Assembly (NCBI GenBank): GCA_963781585.1
Contig: CAWAGQ010000010.1
Coordinates: forward strand, 272,604-336,603
Reading direction: 5' to 3'
Source of the DNA: an uncultured Gemmatimonadaceae bacterium
GTDB taxonomy: Bacteria > Gemmatimonadota > Gemmatimonadetes > Gemmatimonadales > Gemmatimonadaceae
Length of the DNA stretch: 64,000 nucleotides
Under the pieces are notes generated by a model that worked only from the letters and a program-made list of their open reading frames with translations, did no database searches and had not been told where the DNA came from. Both the position numbers and the translations under genes were made by a program. Of this stretch, positions 18,279 to 28,582 are shown piece by piece (the stretch's first letter is position 1; the number at the start of each line of letters is the position of its first letter).

Positions 18279-19142
18279 TCAGCGTCCGCGGAGCAGGGCC
18301 GCGAGCCCGAATCCGTCCTTCTCCAGCGGAACCCGGAACAGCCGCGCCGCGTTTGCGCACATGATCAGCTGGCGCTCCCGGACCGGCACCTTGAGGTCCT
18401 CCATGAATTCCACATACGACTCCATGGATGAGATGGGCCAATCCGTACCGAACAGCACATTGGAGGGATCGAGGCCCCAGAGGAGCATCTCGTACAGCTG
18501 GTTCCGCATGTAGCGCTCGAACCGGTCGGTGAAGTCCCCAAGCACCAGACCCGAGATATCGGCGTAGACATTGCTGTTCTTGTACACGACCTCCATGCAG
18601 TCCTGGAACCAGGGATTGCCCAGGTGGCAGATGACGATGTCGACATCCGGATGATCGACCGCGACCTCGTCCACATGCAACGGGTGCGCGTACTTCACCT
18701 TGCCCTTGGGATCGTAGGTGTCGCCACAATGGATCATGACCGGGACGTGGAATTCGGCGGCCAGGCGAAAGACCGGATGGAGCTTGGGGTCCGAGGGATA
18801 GAACGGCTCGTAGCCGGGATACAGCTTGAGACCGCGAATGGCTCCCTCGGCCAGGAGCGGACGAAGGTCCTCGAGGATCTGGTCGCTCAAGGTGTTGTAG
18901 GATACGCCGGCGACGACGTACAAGTTCTTCATGTCGCGCGTAGCGGCGACGACCTCTCGCGTGGATGGGCGCCCGGGTACTGCCTTGTAGGACGTGAGCA
19001 CCCCGGCGACGTCGACCCCGTTACGCCGCATCGTCGATTGCAGCTTCTGCAAGGCGTCGGGGAGCGCGTCGACGTTCTCGTCGTGATAGTTGTTCAGGTG
19101 CACATGACAGTCGATGATCACGGTATCCTCTCGGGACTCCAC
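18279..19142 (-). CDS. Amidohydrolase_2 family metallohydrolase
   Basis: IIDCHVH, GLKLYPGY, PVMIHCG, ICHLG and LFGTDWP motifs. Confidence 0.9.
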   Translation of the reverse strand: MESREDTVIIDCHVHLNNYHDENVDALPDALQKLQSTMRRNGVDVAGVLTSYKAVPGRPSTREVVAATRDMKNLYVVAGVSYNTLSDQILEDLRPLLAEGAIRGLKLYPGYEPFYPSDPKLHPVFRLAAEFHVPVMIHCGDTYDPKGKVKYAHPLHVDEVAVDHPDVDIVICHLGNPWFQDCMEVVYKNSNVYADISGLVLGDFTDRFERYMRNQLYEMLLWGLDPSNVLFGTDWPISSMESYVEFMEDLKVPVRERQLIMCANAARLFRVPLEKDGFGLAALLRGR

Positions 19143-19792
19143 AGCCGGTCGAGCACGCGCGACGCCCAGTGACGCCCGCCGAGTCCGAACGCGAGGGCCA
19201 GCGCCAGACAGAGCGCGCCGAACGCGATGCGGAAGCCCGACAGCAGTATCTCGCTGTTGAGCGCCAGTTGCTCGGCGGCGAGGGCGACCACGAACAGCAG
19301 CATCGCGTAGCGTGCCAGCGCCGCAAGCGAGACTGCGGCGGTACTGCCGATGTTGTTCAGGTAAGTATACGCGACGGTGCCAACCAGCCGGGCAAGCAGC
19401 GCGCCGAACAGCAGGATCACGATGGCCAGAACGACGTGCGGAATGAACAGGACCACCTGGTCGAGCAGCTGCGTGGCCGACGGCAGCCCAACGATATTGA
19501 GAAAGGCGACAAGCGTGACGAACAGGATTCCCCAGTAGAGAATCGTCGCGAGAATGGTCACCGTCGTATACTGCACGCCACCCTGCACGAGGAAGCCGTC
19601 CAGGCCGGCACGTTCAGCGAGGTCATCGACCCGCAACCATCGGAAGACCCGCACCGCCGCGCGCCGTACCACTTTGGCCACGAGCCACCCTAGTACGAGC
19701 AGCGCCAGAGCGACGGTAAGGCGTGGCACGACGGCGACGATCTGTTCCCACGTGTTGCGCAGCGATGTGAGGAGATCGGTGGACGCATTCAT
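19118..19792 (-). CDS. Membrane protein with MscS-associated TM-helix repeats (CmpX-like)
   Basis: VPRLTVALALLVLGWLVAK, FIPHVVLAIVIL and LALAFGLGGR motifs; start inferred. Confidence 0.8.
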   Translation of the reverse strand: MNASTDLLTSLRNTWEQIVAVVPRLTVALALLVLGWLVAKVVRRAAVRVFRWLRVDDLAERAGLDGFLVQGGVQYTTVTILATILYWGILFVTLVAFLNIVGLPSATQLLDQVVLFIPHVVLAIVILLFGALLARLVGTVAYTYLNNIGSTAAVSLAALARYAMLLFVVALAAEQLALNSEILLSGFRIAFGALCLALALAFGLGGRHWASRVLDRLWSPERIP

Positions 19793-20073
19793 GGACGGGT
19801 TCCTCCGGATCGGGGTGGTGATGGCACGCGTCCGCGCGTTCGTTCCGAAACTTGCGCACACGTCCCCTCTGGCGCACGGTGCCCAGCCGGGACATTTGCA
19901 GGCCACCGCGCGCGCGAGTTCCGGAATCCGGCCGGTGCACACGCGCGCTCCGATATGGACAGGGCCTCCGAACTGCGGCAAGGCGGCATCCGTCCGACGC
20001 GGCTTGACCACGCGGGTGCGCCGCACGAGAATGGCATTCCTCTCTCCATTGCGTCGAATCACGGGAAGCCGCC

Positions 20074-21705
20074 ATGTCCACTGCGCCGTCGCTCCGAGGC
20101 GGGGCCCTTGTTGCCCTCGCCGCGATCGTCTTGCCGCTGACCTCCGCCTCCGCCCAGCGCGGCGCCGGGGCGGGGCGAGGAAGCGGCGCCCAGTCGCAGG
20201 AGGCGCAACCAGCCGACAGCGCATCGTCCAGTCGCCGGGGGAGCAGCGGTGGGGGTGCGTCGGGACGCGACATCGCCGCGCTGGCCGAAGCCCCGCCGAT
20301 CACGACGCATCACACCGTGAACGTGCGCGGTCAGTCCATCGCATATACCGCGGCTGCCGGCATGCTCCCGATTCGGAACACGCAGACAGAGGCCGTCGAG
20401 GGCGGCATGTACTTTGTGGCCTACACCAGGGACGGCGCGAATCCCGCAACACGGCCCGTGACCTTCGCCTTCAACGGCGGACCCGGGTCGGCCACGGTGT
20501 GGCTCCACCTCGGCGCCTTCGGGCCCAAGCACGTGAAGCTGGAGCCTGACGGGAGCGCGCCTCCGCCTCCCTACACGTTCGAGGACAACCCGAACACGCT
20601 GCTCGACCAGACGGACCTCGTGTTCATCGATCCCATCGGCACGGGCTACAGTCGCGCGGCCCGGCCTGACCTCGGCCAGAAGTTCTGGGGACTGGACGAG
20701 GATATTGCTTCGGTTGGCGAGTTCATTCGCCTGTACCTCACGCGTTACGACCGGATGGGATCGCCCAAGTTCCTGGCTGGCGAGAGCTACGGCACAACGC
20801 GCGCGGCCGGACTGTCCGGGTGGCTCGCGGATCAGGGGATCGCGCTCAATGGTGTCATCCTGCTCTCGACCGTGCTGGACTTCGAGGCCATCTCGCAGTC
20901 ACGCAGCAACGACCTTGCCTTCGTGAACTTCCTGCCGACGTACACGGCGGTGGCCTGGTATCACAAGAAGCTCCCCGCCGACCTCCAGCAGATGACACTC
21001 GAGGCTGCGACCGCGGCCGCTGAAAAGTGGGCCCTGAACGACTACGCGAACGCCTTGTTGAAGGGATCGCGCCTCACGGCCGCCGAGCGCACGGCCGCGG
21101 AGGATCAACTGGTCCGGTTCACGGGCCTGCCGCGTGACGTGGTGGTGCAGAATGATCTGCGCGTGTCGCTCGGCACGTTCAATTCGGAGCTGCTGCGCGA
21201 CGAGCGGAAGTCGGTTGGCCGGCTGGACGGCCGGTTCACCGCGTTCGCGGCGCTCGCGAGCGGTCGCGGGGGCGGCGTCGGCGATCCGAGCGAGGCAGCA
21301 ATTCGCAACACCTTCACTCCGGTGCTCACGGACTACAACCGCCGCGAGCTGAACTACAAGAACGACGACATCTACTATATCCTGGGCGGCGGAATCGGCC
21401 GCTGGAATTTTCCCCAGAATCAATTCGCGACGGTGGTCCCCAACCTCGAACGCGCCTTCGCCAAGAATGCGTACATGAGGTTGTTCGTGGCCGAGGGTTA
21501 CTACGACGCAGCCACTCCGTATTTCAGCGTGGAGTACACGCTCGCCCACCTGTCGATCGATCCGGCCGTGCGGCAGCACAACATCACGACCGAGCGATAT
21601 GCCGCCGGCCACATGATGTACATCGACGAGCCCTCGATGAAGAAACTGCGGTCGGATCTGAACCGATTCATCAGCGCGGCGGTGTCGCAGGCGGCGATTC
21701 CCTAG
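20074..21705 (+). CDS. Peptidase S10 family serine carboxypeptidase, exported
   Basis: FNGGPGS, FIDPIGTGYS, GESYG and GHMMY motifs. Confidence 0.92.
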   Translation: MSTAPSLRGGALVALAAIVLPLTSASAQRGAGAGRGSGAQSQEAQPADSASSSRRGSSGGGASGRDIAALAEAPPITTHHTVNVRGQSIAYTAAAGMLPIRNTQTEAVEGGMYFVAYTRDGANPATRPVTFAFNGGPGSATVWLHLGAFGPKHVKLEPDGSAPPPPYTFEDNPNTLLDQTDLVFIDPIGTGYSRAARPDLGQKFWGLDEDIASVGEFIRLYLTRYDRMGSPKFLAGESYGTTRAAGLSGWLADQGIALNGVILLSTVLDFEAISQSRSNDLAFVNFLPTYTAVAWYHKKLPADLQQMTLEAATAAAEKWALNDYANALLKGSRLTAAERTAAEDQLVRFTGLPRDVVVQNDLRVSLGTFNSELLRDERKSVGRLDGRFTAFAALASGRGGGVGDPSEAAIRNTFTPVLTDYNRRELNYKNDDIYYILGGGIGRWNFPQNQFATVVPNLERAFAKNAYMRLFVAEGYYDAATPYFSVEYTLAHLSIDPAVRQHNITTERYAAGHMMYIDEPSMKKLRSDLNRFISAAVSQAAIP

Positions 21706-21720
21706 ACAGCGGCCGCCGTC

Positions 21721-21778
21721 CCAGGGCCAAGGTCAAAGGTCAGAGGCCAAAGTTCAAAGGCCCAGGGCCAAAGGCTGC
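21721..21778. repeat. Degenerate 7-bp tandem repeat (CAAAGGY-like)
   Basis: caaaggt cagaggc caaagtt caaaggc ccagggc caaaggc. Confidence 0.7.
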
Positions 21779-21879
21779 AGGCGCGCGGCAGTCCATCATT
21801 TTCGCGTGCTCACGCGTAGCACCACGAGCGTCGCCGCGTCGCGCTCGCGCGTTCAGTGTCACCTCCATCCCAATACCCG

Positions 21880-24800
21880 ATGCGCTCCCCTCGCGTTCTG
21901 ACTTGCCTGCTCACGGTGTCATTCTGTGCGCTTTCCGCGTCCCGGGTGGAGGCCCAGGCTCCGGATGCCGCGACCATCGGATCGTTCACCTGGCGTTCGA
22001 TCGGACCCGTGAACATGGCGGGCCGGATCACGGACGTCGAAGGCGACCCGCACAACCCCAAGGTCTTCTACGTCGCCGGTGCCACGGGCGGCATCTGGAA
22101 GACCGTGAACGCGGGGACGACGTTCGCGCCGCTGTGGAACGATGAGCCGATCGCCTCGATGGGCGATATCGCGATCGCGCCCAGCAACCCGAGGATCATC
22201 TGGGCGGGGACGGGTGAGTCGAACTCGCGCAATTCCGCGGCCCCGGGCTTCGGGGTCTACAAGTCCGTGGACGGCGGCGTGACGTGGCAGTCGATGGGAC
22301 TCGAAAAAGCGCAGCACATCGGCCGCATCGTCATCAACCCCACGAACCCGGACATCGTCTACGTCGCAGCGCTGGGCGCGTTGTGGTCGTCCAACCCCGA
22401 GCGCGGTCTCTACAAGACCACCGACGGCGGGCGCACGTGGAAGAACCAGAAATTCATCAGTGACAAGGCGGGATTCGTGGACATCGCGATGGACCCGCGC
22501 AATCCGAACGTGCTGTTCGCCGCCAGCTGGGAGCGCGTGCGCGGGCCCTACTTCCTGAAGAGCGGAGGGCCGGGCTCCGGTCTCTGGAAGACCACCGATG
22601 GCGGGAACACCTGGACGGAAGTGAAGGGCGGCGGATTCCCGGGGACACCGAAGGGGCGCATCAACGTCGTGCTTGCGCCGAGCAATCCGGACATCGTCTA
22701 CGCCATGGTGGAGGCCGATAGCGTCCGCGGGCAGAAGCCGCAGCGACTGCTCTCGGGTGTGTATCGCTCGACCGATGGCGGGCGCACCTGGAAGTGGATG
22801 AGCACTACCGACAATCGGCCGTTCTACTTCTCGCAGATCCGCGTGGATCCGAAGAACCCGAATCGCATTTATCGGTTGGCGGTGGACTTCCAGTTCTCCG
22901 ACGACGGTGGGTACTCGTGGCGGGCCGGCATGCTCGGGAATCACGAGGACTACCACGCGCTGTGGATCGACCCGAACGACCCCGAGCACTACATCATCGG
23001 CGGCGACGCCGGAATCTTCCAGACCTGGGACAAGGGCGGTACCTACGACGCCGTCAACAACATGCCGATGGGACAGTTCTACGGCGTGAGCTACGATTTC
23101 CAGGTCCCGTATCGCGTCTGCGGCGGGCTTCAGGACAACGGGAGCTCGTGCGGCATCAGCCGGCGGCGCAACGGACAACTCCAGATGACTGACTGGTTCG
23201 CGACCAACGCAGCCGACGGACTGCAGACGGCGCAGGACCCGCTCGATCCGAACATCGTCTACTACGAAGCGCAGGGGGGCAACCTGATTCGCCGCAACCT
23301 GGCAACCGGTCAGGTGGCGAACCTGCGGCCACGCACGGTCACGATGAACAGCTTCGTGGGCCAGATGGCGCAGATCCGCGGCGACGGCAGCAAGCCACTC
23401 ACCGCCGACCAGGAGCGACAGATCGCCGATATTCGCACACGCATGCAGCGCGAACTGTCGGACCCGAACGTCGCGACCCGGTGGAACTGGAACACGCCCT
23501 TCATCCTCTCGGAGCACGATCCGAACGTGTTCTACAGCGGCGCCGACAAACTCTTCAAGTCGGTGAAGAAGGGCGAGGATCCGGTGGCCATCTCGCCGGA
23601 CCTCACGGCCCATGACCCGACCTGGTTGCGCGTTGCCGAAGGGTTCAACCCGGACGGTACCCCTGCGGCCGACGCCTCAGGCGGCATCACGCGTGATGCC
23701 ACCGGGGCCGAGGAGAACGCCACGATCGTGAACATCGAAGAGTCGCCGATCCGCGCCGGACTGCTCTACGTCGGCACCGACGACGGCAAGCTCTGGCTCA
23801 CGCGGAACGACGGCGGCGCCTGGGAGGATCTGAGCGGCCGGTGCCCGGGGGTCCCGGCGATGACCTACGTGAGCAAGATCGATGCATCGGCGGCGGACTC
23901 GGCCACCGTCTACGTGGCGTTCGACAACCATCGCGTGAACGACTTCAAGCCCTACCTTTGCGCGTCCAACGATTTCGGGAAGACATTCCACTCGATCGCC
24001 TCGAACCTGCCCACGGACGGCCCCAATTCCGTCTACGCGGTTCGCGAAGATCCGGTCAATCCGAACCTGCTGTACGCCGGGACCGAGATCGGCGTGTTCG
24101 CGTCGCTCAACAAGGGCGGGAGCTGGTTCCGGATCAACAACAATCTCCCCACCGTGCCGGTGTACGACCTCAAGATTCATCCACGCGACCGTGAGCTGAT
24201 CGCGGGGACGCACGGCCGGGCGATCTGGATCCTGGACGTCAATCCCCTCCAGCAACTGACCAGCGACGTGCTGGCGAAGTCGGCGTACCTGTTCGAGCCG
24301 ACAGTCGCCTTCGACTACGCGCAGATGCTCCCCGGCTCCGAGCCGCGGGCCCAGCGCCCGTGGCGCGTGGACGGCGGGCCGGACGGCGCCGACATCGCTT
24401 ATCGGCTGACAGCGCCGGCGGCAACCCCGCCCCGCGTGCTGATCGTGAACGCCGCCGGCGACACCGTGGCGCGCCTAACGAGCGAAGGCAAAGCGGGCGT
24501 GCATCACGTCAGCTGGAATTTCTTCATGACCACCAGCGACCAGCCGATCGCGTTCGGCAGAGGTGGCGGTGGCGGTCGCGGCGGCCGGTTCGGAGGACAG
24601 GGAAGCGACACCGTGAGCGTTCCCGGGTTCCCCAGGGGATTCAATCCCAGGCCGGCGGAGTCGAGCGCCTCACCGGATTCGTCCGCCAGCCCGACCGCGC
24701 AGGCACGCGAGTTGGCGGCCGGAGGCGCTGGACGCGGTGGGCGCGGTGGACGTGGCGGTGGTGGGAGGGGATTTGGCCGGGGCAGTATTCAGACGGCGTC

Positions 24801-24918
24801 TACCGGCGACTACCGCGTGGTCCTCGACGTGGGAGGCCAGAAGCTGACGCAGGTCCTGCGCGTGGTGCAGGTGCGACCGGGCGAAGTGAGCGTAATGGCG
24901 CCCGGAGGCGGCAGGTAG
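21880..24918 (+). CDS. Exported BNR/Asp-box (VPS10/sortilin-like) beta-propeller protein, putative glycosyl hydrolase
   Basis: WRSIGP start; repeated S/T-x-D-G-G-x-T-W boxes; GTHGRAIWI motif. Confidence 0.88.
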   Translation: MRSPRVLTCLLTVSFCALSASRVEAQAPDAATIGSFTWRSIGPVNMAGRITDVEGDPHNPKVFYVAGATGGIWKTVNAGTTFAPLWNDEPIASMGDIAIAPSNPRIIWAGTGESNSRNSAAPGFGVYKSVDGGVTWQSMGLEKAQHIGRIVINPTNPDIVYVAALGALWSSNPERGLYKTTDGGRTWKNQKFISDKAGFVDIAMDPRNPNVLFAASWERVRGPYFLKSGGPGSGLWKTTDGGNTWTEVKGGGFPGTPKGRINVVLAPSNPDIVYAMVEADSVRGQKPQRLLSGVYRSTDGGRTWKWMSTTDNRPFYFSQIRVDPKNPNRIYRLAVDFQFSDDGGYSWRAGMLGNHEDYHALWIDPNDPEHYIIGGDAGIFQTWDKGGTYDAVNNMPMGQFYGVSYDFQVPYRVCGGLQDNGSSCGISRRRNGQLQMTDWFATNAADGLQTAQDPLDPNIVYYEAQGGNLIRRNLATGQVANLRPRTVTMNSFVGQMAQIRGDGSKPLTADQERQIADIRTRMQRELSDPNVATRWNWNTPFILSEHDPNVFYSGADKLFKSVKKGEDPVAISPDLTAHDPTWLRVAEGFNPDGTPAADASGGITRDATGAEENATIVNIEESPIRAGLLYVGTDDGKLWLTRNDGGAWEDLSGRCPGVPAMTYVSKIDASAADSATVYVAFDNHRVNDFKPYLCASNDFGKTFHSIASNLPTDGPNSVYAVREDPVNPNLLYAGTEIGVFASLNKGGSWFRINNNLPTVPVYDLKIHPRDRELIAGTHGRAIWILDVNPLQQLTSDVLAKSAYLFEPTVAFDYAQMLPGSEPRAQRPWRVDGGPDGADIAYRLTAPAATPPRVLIVNAAGDTVARLTSEGKAGVHHVSWNFFMTTSDQPIAFGRGGGGGRGGRFGGQGSDTVSVPGFPRGFNPRPAESSASPDSSASPTAQARELAAGGAGRGGRGGRGGGGRGFGRGSIQTASTGDYRVVLDVGGQKLTQVLRVVQVRPGEVSVMAPGGGR

Positions 24919-24944
24919 AGACGGGGCGACCTGCGGGATGAACG

Positions 24945-24977
24945 AAGAGGCCCCGACGCGAAGTCGGGGCCTCTTTT
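24945..24977. terminator. Intrinsic terminator between convergent genes
   Basis: AAGAGGCCCCGAC-gcgaa-GTCGGGGCCTCTT followed by TT; 13-bp stem. Confidence 0.85.
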
Positions 24978-24994
24978 GCGAACGGCTTGCCGGC

Positions 24995-25672
24995 CTAGCC
25001 TCCGGTCGACGCCAGATCGTAGACGCGTCGGTTGTTGATCGTGCGCCGCATAGGCTTGCTCTCGAACCGTACGTCGACCAACAGGATCTTCGGGTCCTTC
25101 TTGTCCAGGTGGTACGTCTCCTTGATCGTGGTGCCGGTGGCTACAAGACGCTCGATGGTGAGCTCGTCCTTCTTCCATGACGCCTTCACCGACTTCACGA
25201 CCTGTCCGTCCAGGGTACTGTCGGCGATCACCCGACCATCGGTGTAGACCATCAGTGAAGCGCCCCGTCCGCCGACCGTCACGGTCGAGTCGGTCTGCTG
25301 TATCTCCAGGGAGCGCGGTTGCTGCGTGGCCTCGCGCATGGCACGCATGGCCTCTCGGTCGGCACCGCCGCCGCCACCCCCGCCGAACCCGCCGCCCGCG
25401 TCTGCGCCCCCACCGCTCGACGATCCGCCTCCCCGTGAGCCGCCGCCTCGACTCCCCATCCCCGTCTTGGTGGTGGCGCCCGTTGCGTCCGGCCGGCTCA
25501 GGTCGCGGTCACGCTGCGGATCGTACTTCTCGCTCTTGTTCTCATTGAGCTGCCACTTGCCGGCGATGGCCGGGTGCGCCTCCTGGACGCGAACGACATC
25601 GGTTCTGGGGGTCCAGGCGATGGCGCCGGCGGCTGCGATCGCCACCAATGCTGCGCGAAGTGCGGGTCTCAT
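24995..25672 (-). CDS. Secreted hypothetical protein with Gly-rich insert
   Basis: Signal-like N-terminus; GKWQLNENKS; Gly-rich loop; C-terminal RRVYD. Confidence 0.7.
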   Translation of the reverse strand: MRPALRAALVAIAAAGAIAWTPRTDVVRVQEAHPAIAGKWQLNENKSEKYDPQRDRDLSRPDATGATTKTGMGSRGGGSRGGGSSSGGGADAGGGFGGGGGGGADREAMRAMREATQQPRSLEIQQTDSTVTVGGRGASLMVYTDGRVIADSTLDGQVVKSVKASWKKDELTIERLVATGTTIKETYHLDKKDPKILLVDVRFESKPMRRTINNRRVYDLASTGG

Positions 25673-25997
25673 ATTCGTGTTGCCTCCCGATCGAGGCCGA
25701 AGCAATGTAGTGAATCCTATGCGCGCCGTGAGGCGACGCGGTGAACAGAAGTGCCGAAGCCGGCAGCGTGCCGTCCTGGTACCGCGTGGCCAGCGCAGCC
25801 GTTCCAGGCACCCGACAAAGAACGCACGATGCTCCGCGGATGCTGAAAGGGCGACCGGCGGGAGGACCCGGAAAGCCGCCTCCGGGCTTGAGGCCGAGGA
25901 CGCGATACATGTACCGCGACGCCGCCCGGCGGCCCAGGCGGGGAACGCCTCGGCTCGCCTCCTTCATCCCAACCAGTCATCGAAGTCGAGGGTCGTC

Positions 25998-26150
25998 ATG
26001 ATTCGCAAGCTGGCTTCTGGAAAGTACCGCCTGTATTCCCGGAAGAAGAATCCACGCACGGGGAAGCGCAGAAACCTCGGCACCTTCTCCACGAGGGCAG
26101 CCGCCGCGCGTCACGAGCGCCAGGTGCAGTTCTTCAAGCGCCGCGGCTGA
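25998..26150 (+). CDS. Small basic hypothetical protein (50 aa)
   Basis: GAGG RBS; MIRKLASGKYRLYSRKKNPRTGKRRNLGTFSTRAAAARHERQVQFFKRRG. The composition is not that of a GC-driven shadow ORF. Confidence 0.8.
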   Translation: MIRKLASGKYRLYSRKKNPRTGKRRNLGTFSTRAAAARHERQVQFFKRRG

Positions 26151-26423
26151 TCCCTCTCTCGCGCGAGCAGCGGACCGTCGTCGCCGCCTTCGATCGGTCA
26201 CCCGCGTTAGGCATCGGGGACGTGGCGGCGGCAGGTGGTCAGGCGCTGGGTTGCTTCGCGCCAGGGCGCTTTTCGACCACGGATGGCACCCCAGCCGCGG
26301 TCGACGCGCTCGCGCCGCCATCGCCCACTGGACATCGGTGACGACGTTCCGAACTATTATTGGAGTCTGTCCGTCGCGTCCGTGTCGCATTGAACCGCTC
26401 ATCCCTATCCGGGACCGATCACC

Positions 26424-28001
26424 ATGTCACGCAAGAAGGTCACTCGCCGGGACTTCGTCGCCGATTCGGCCAAGCTGGCTCTGGGCGCCGCGATCGCCCC
26501 GAAGGGCTTCCCGACCATCGTTCCCCGTCATGTGCTCGGCGGCCCCGGCTACCGGGCGCCGAGCGACACGCTCCACTTCGCCTCGGTGGGGATCGGCGGG
26601 ATGGGAATGAACAACCTGGAGCAGCTCCTGGACTCCGGCGAGCAATGTGTCGCCATCTGCGACGTCGACTTCGGGTATGTCGAACGCTCGCTGAACGGCA
26701 AGTTGCGACCCGGGCGTGACGGCAAGGTGTCGGAGAGCGCCGTGCGGCTCAAGGATGCATACCTGAAGGCCACGAAGTACGCCGACTTCCGGGAGATGCT
26801 CGAGAAGCAGCCGGACATCGACGCGATCGTGGTCGCCACACCCGATAACCTCCATGCCGTCATCGCCAACACGGCCATGCAGGCGGGGAAGCACGTCTAC
26901 GTGCAGAAGCCGCTGACATATTCAGTGCATGAGGCGCGAACGCTGGCGCAAACGGCGAAGGAGAAGGGCGTCGTAACGCAGATGGGCAACCAGGGACACT
27001 CGCGCGAAGGGACTCGGCGCATCAACGAGTGGATCGCGGCCGGCGTCATCGGGCCGGTGCGCGAAGTGCACGTGTGGACGGATCGACCCCAGCGCTACTG
27101 GGCCCAGGGCATCCCCGGCCCGAGCCAGATCCCGCAGCCGAACCAGCAGGCTCCGCGCCCGCAGGCTTCGTCCCAGCAGCCGGTCGATTTCTTCAAGACG
27201 CCCCCCGCGCCTCCGGGGTGGAACCAGCGCACGGTGGACCGCGCGATCCTGAAGCAGATGGCGGCCGACCCGATGACGCCACCGAACGGGCTGCACTGGG
27301 ATCTCTTCCTGGGCGGTGCCAAGGAGCTGGCGTATCACCCGGCATACCACCCGTTCAGCTGGCGAGGCTGGGTCCCCTTTGGCGTGAGCGCCATTGGCGA
27401 CATGGGGGCCCACCTGCTGGATCAGCCCTATTGGGCCCTGGGTCTCACCTTTCCCACGAGCGTGATCTCCACGTCCACCCCGTGGGGAGGCCCGGCGAGC
27501 GACCCCGTGTCGTATCCGCTTGCCATGACCACGCGATACGAGTTCCCCGAGCGCAACGGCCAGCCGCCCGTAACGATGCAATGGTACGATGGTGGTCTCA
27601 TTCCGATGCTCGAACGCGAGTTCGAGTTGCCGGGGGGCGACGGCGGCGGTGGGGTGTTCGTGGGCGAGAAGGGGCTGCTGACCTACGAGACCTACGGCGA
27701 CAATCCGAAGATCTTCCCCGCGTCGCTCGCGGCTGAGGCTGAGCAGGTGCCGAAGACGTTCCCGCGTGTCACGACGTCGCACGAGGTCAATTGGGCGCAG
27801 GCGTGCAAGGGCGAAACCACCGCCAGCTCGCCATTCGAGTACGCCGCGCGTCTCACGGAGGTGATGCTGCTTGGCGTCTTGGCGCTGCGCGCCGGCCGCG
27901 GCAAGCAGATCCTGTACGATGGCGACGCGATGAAGGTCACCAACATCGCCGACGCGAATCAGTATCTCACCCGCAACTATCGCACGGGGTGGGAAGTGTA
28001 G
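26424..28001 (+). CDS. Gfo/Idh/MocA-family oxidoreductase with Tat signal
   Basis: [40 protein letters not shown]. Confidence 0.92.
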   Translation: MSRKKVTRRDFVADSAKLALGAAIAPKGFPTIVPRHVLGGPGYRAPSDTLHFASVGIGGMGMNNLEQLLDSGEQCVAICDVDFGYVERSLNGKLRPGRDGKVSESAVRLKDAYLKATKYADFREMLEKQPDIDAIVVATPDNLHAVIANTAMQAGKHVYVQKPLTYSVHEARTLAQTAKEKGVVTQMGNQGHSREGTRRINEWIAAGVIGPVREVHVWTDRPQRYWAQGIPGPSQIPQPNQQAPRPQASSQQPVDFFKTPPAPPGWNQRTVDRAILKQMAADPMTPPNGLHWDLFLGGAKELAYHPAYHPFSWRGWVPFGVSAIGDMGAHLLDQPYWALGLTFPTSVISTSTPWGGPASDPVSYPLAMTTRYEFPERNGQPPVTMQWYDGGLIPMLEREFELPGGDGGGGVFVGEKGLLTYETYGDNPKIFPASLAAEAEQVPKTFPRVTTSHEVNWAQACKGETTASSPFEYAARLTEVMLLGVLALRAGRGKQILYDGDAMKVTNIADANQYLTRNYRTGWEV

Positions 28002-28004
28002 GGA

Positions 28005-28082
28005 TCAGCTATCGGTGGGCAGCGATCAGCTTTCAGCGAACAGCGATCGGCTGTCGGCTGTCAGTTGTGGGCGGTGAGCCGA
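28005..28082. repeat. Degenerate 7-bp tandem repeat (TCAGCNN-like)
   Basis: tcagcta tcggtgg gcagcga tcagctt tcagcga acagcga tcggctg tcggctg tcagttg. Confidence 0.7.
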
Positions 28083-28130
28083 CGGCTCTCCGCGGGGAGT
28101 TGGCGTCTGCGCACCAGTTGGACACAACGC

Positions 28131-28496
28131 ATGGTCGATTCCGGCATCGACAACGGCGCGGTGGAGGGCCTGGGGGAATTCCTCAAGCACCGTGCGCGAC
28201 GCGCGTCTGACCGCCGCCTGGCCGCTGACACCGCGGTGGGAGTGATTGTCGCTGCCGGCGCATTGATCTGGCGGCCAGCGGGGTGGGCGCAGCTGGTGCT
28301 GGCAGCCGTGTGCATCGGCGCGTTCGGAACCTGGGGGATCGTCGATCGCGAGCTGCTTGAGCGGGCGGTCACGTCAGGCACCTCGTCTCGCTCGCTGCGA
28401 TTCGGGCGAGGCGCCGCCGCTGCCGTCGGCGGGACCGCGGCCCTGATGTTGCTACTGAGCCTGTTCGCACTTGCCGTGGGCACCTGGAAGAGCTGA
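28131..28496 (+). CDS. Small membrane protein (3 predicted TM)
   Basis: Three hydrophobic segments; co-oriented between two + strand genes. Confidence 0.6.
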   Translation: MVDSGIDNGAVEGLGEFLKHRARRASDRRLAADTAVGVIVAAGALIWRPAGWAQLVLAAVCIGAFGTWGIVDRELLERAVTSGTSSRSLRFGRGAAAAVGGTAALMLLLSLFALAVGTWKS

Positions 28497-28582
28497 GTCG
28501 GCGAGCGCGCCGCGCTGGCGCTCCGGGCTGCTCTGCCGTAGATAGATCCGCCCCCCAGTCCGCCGCACTACGGAGGATCCCG

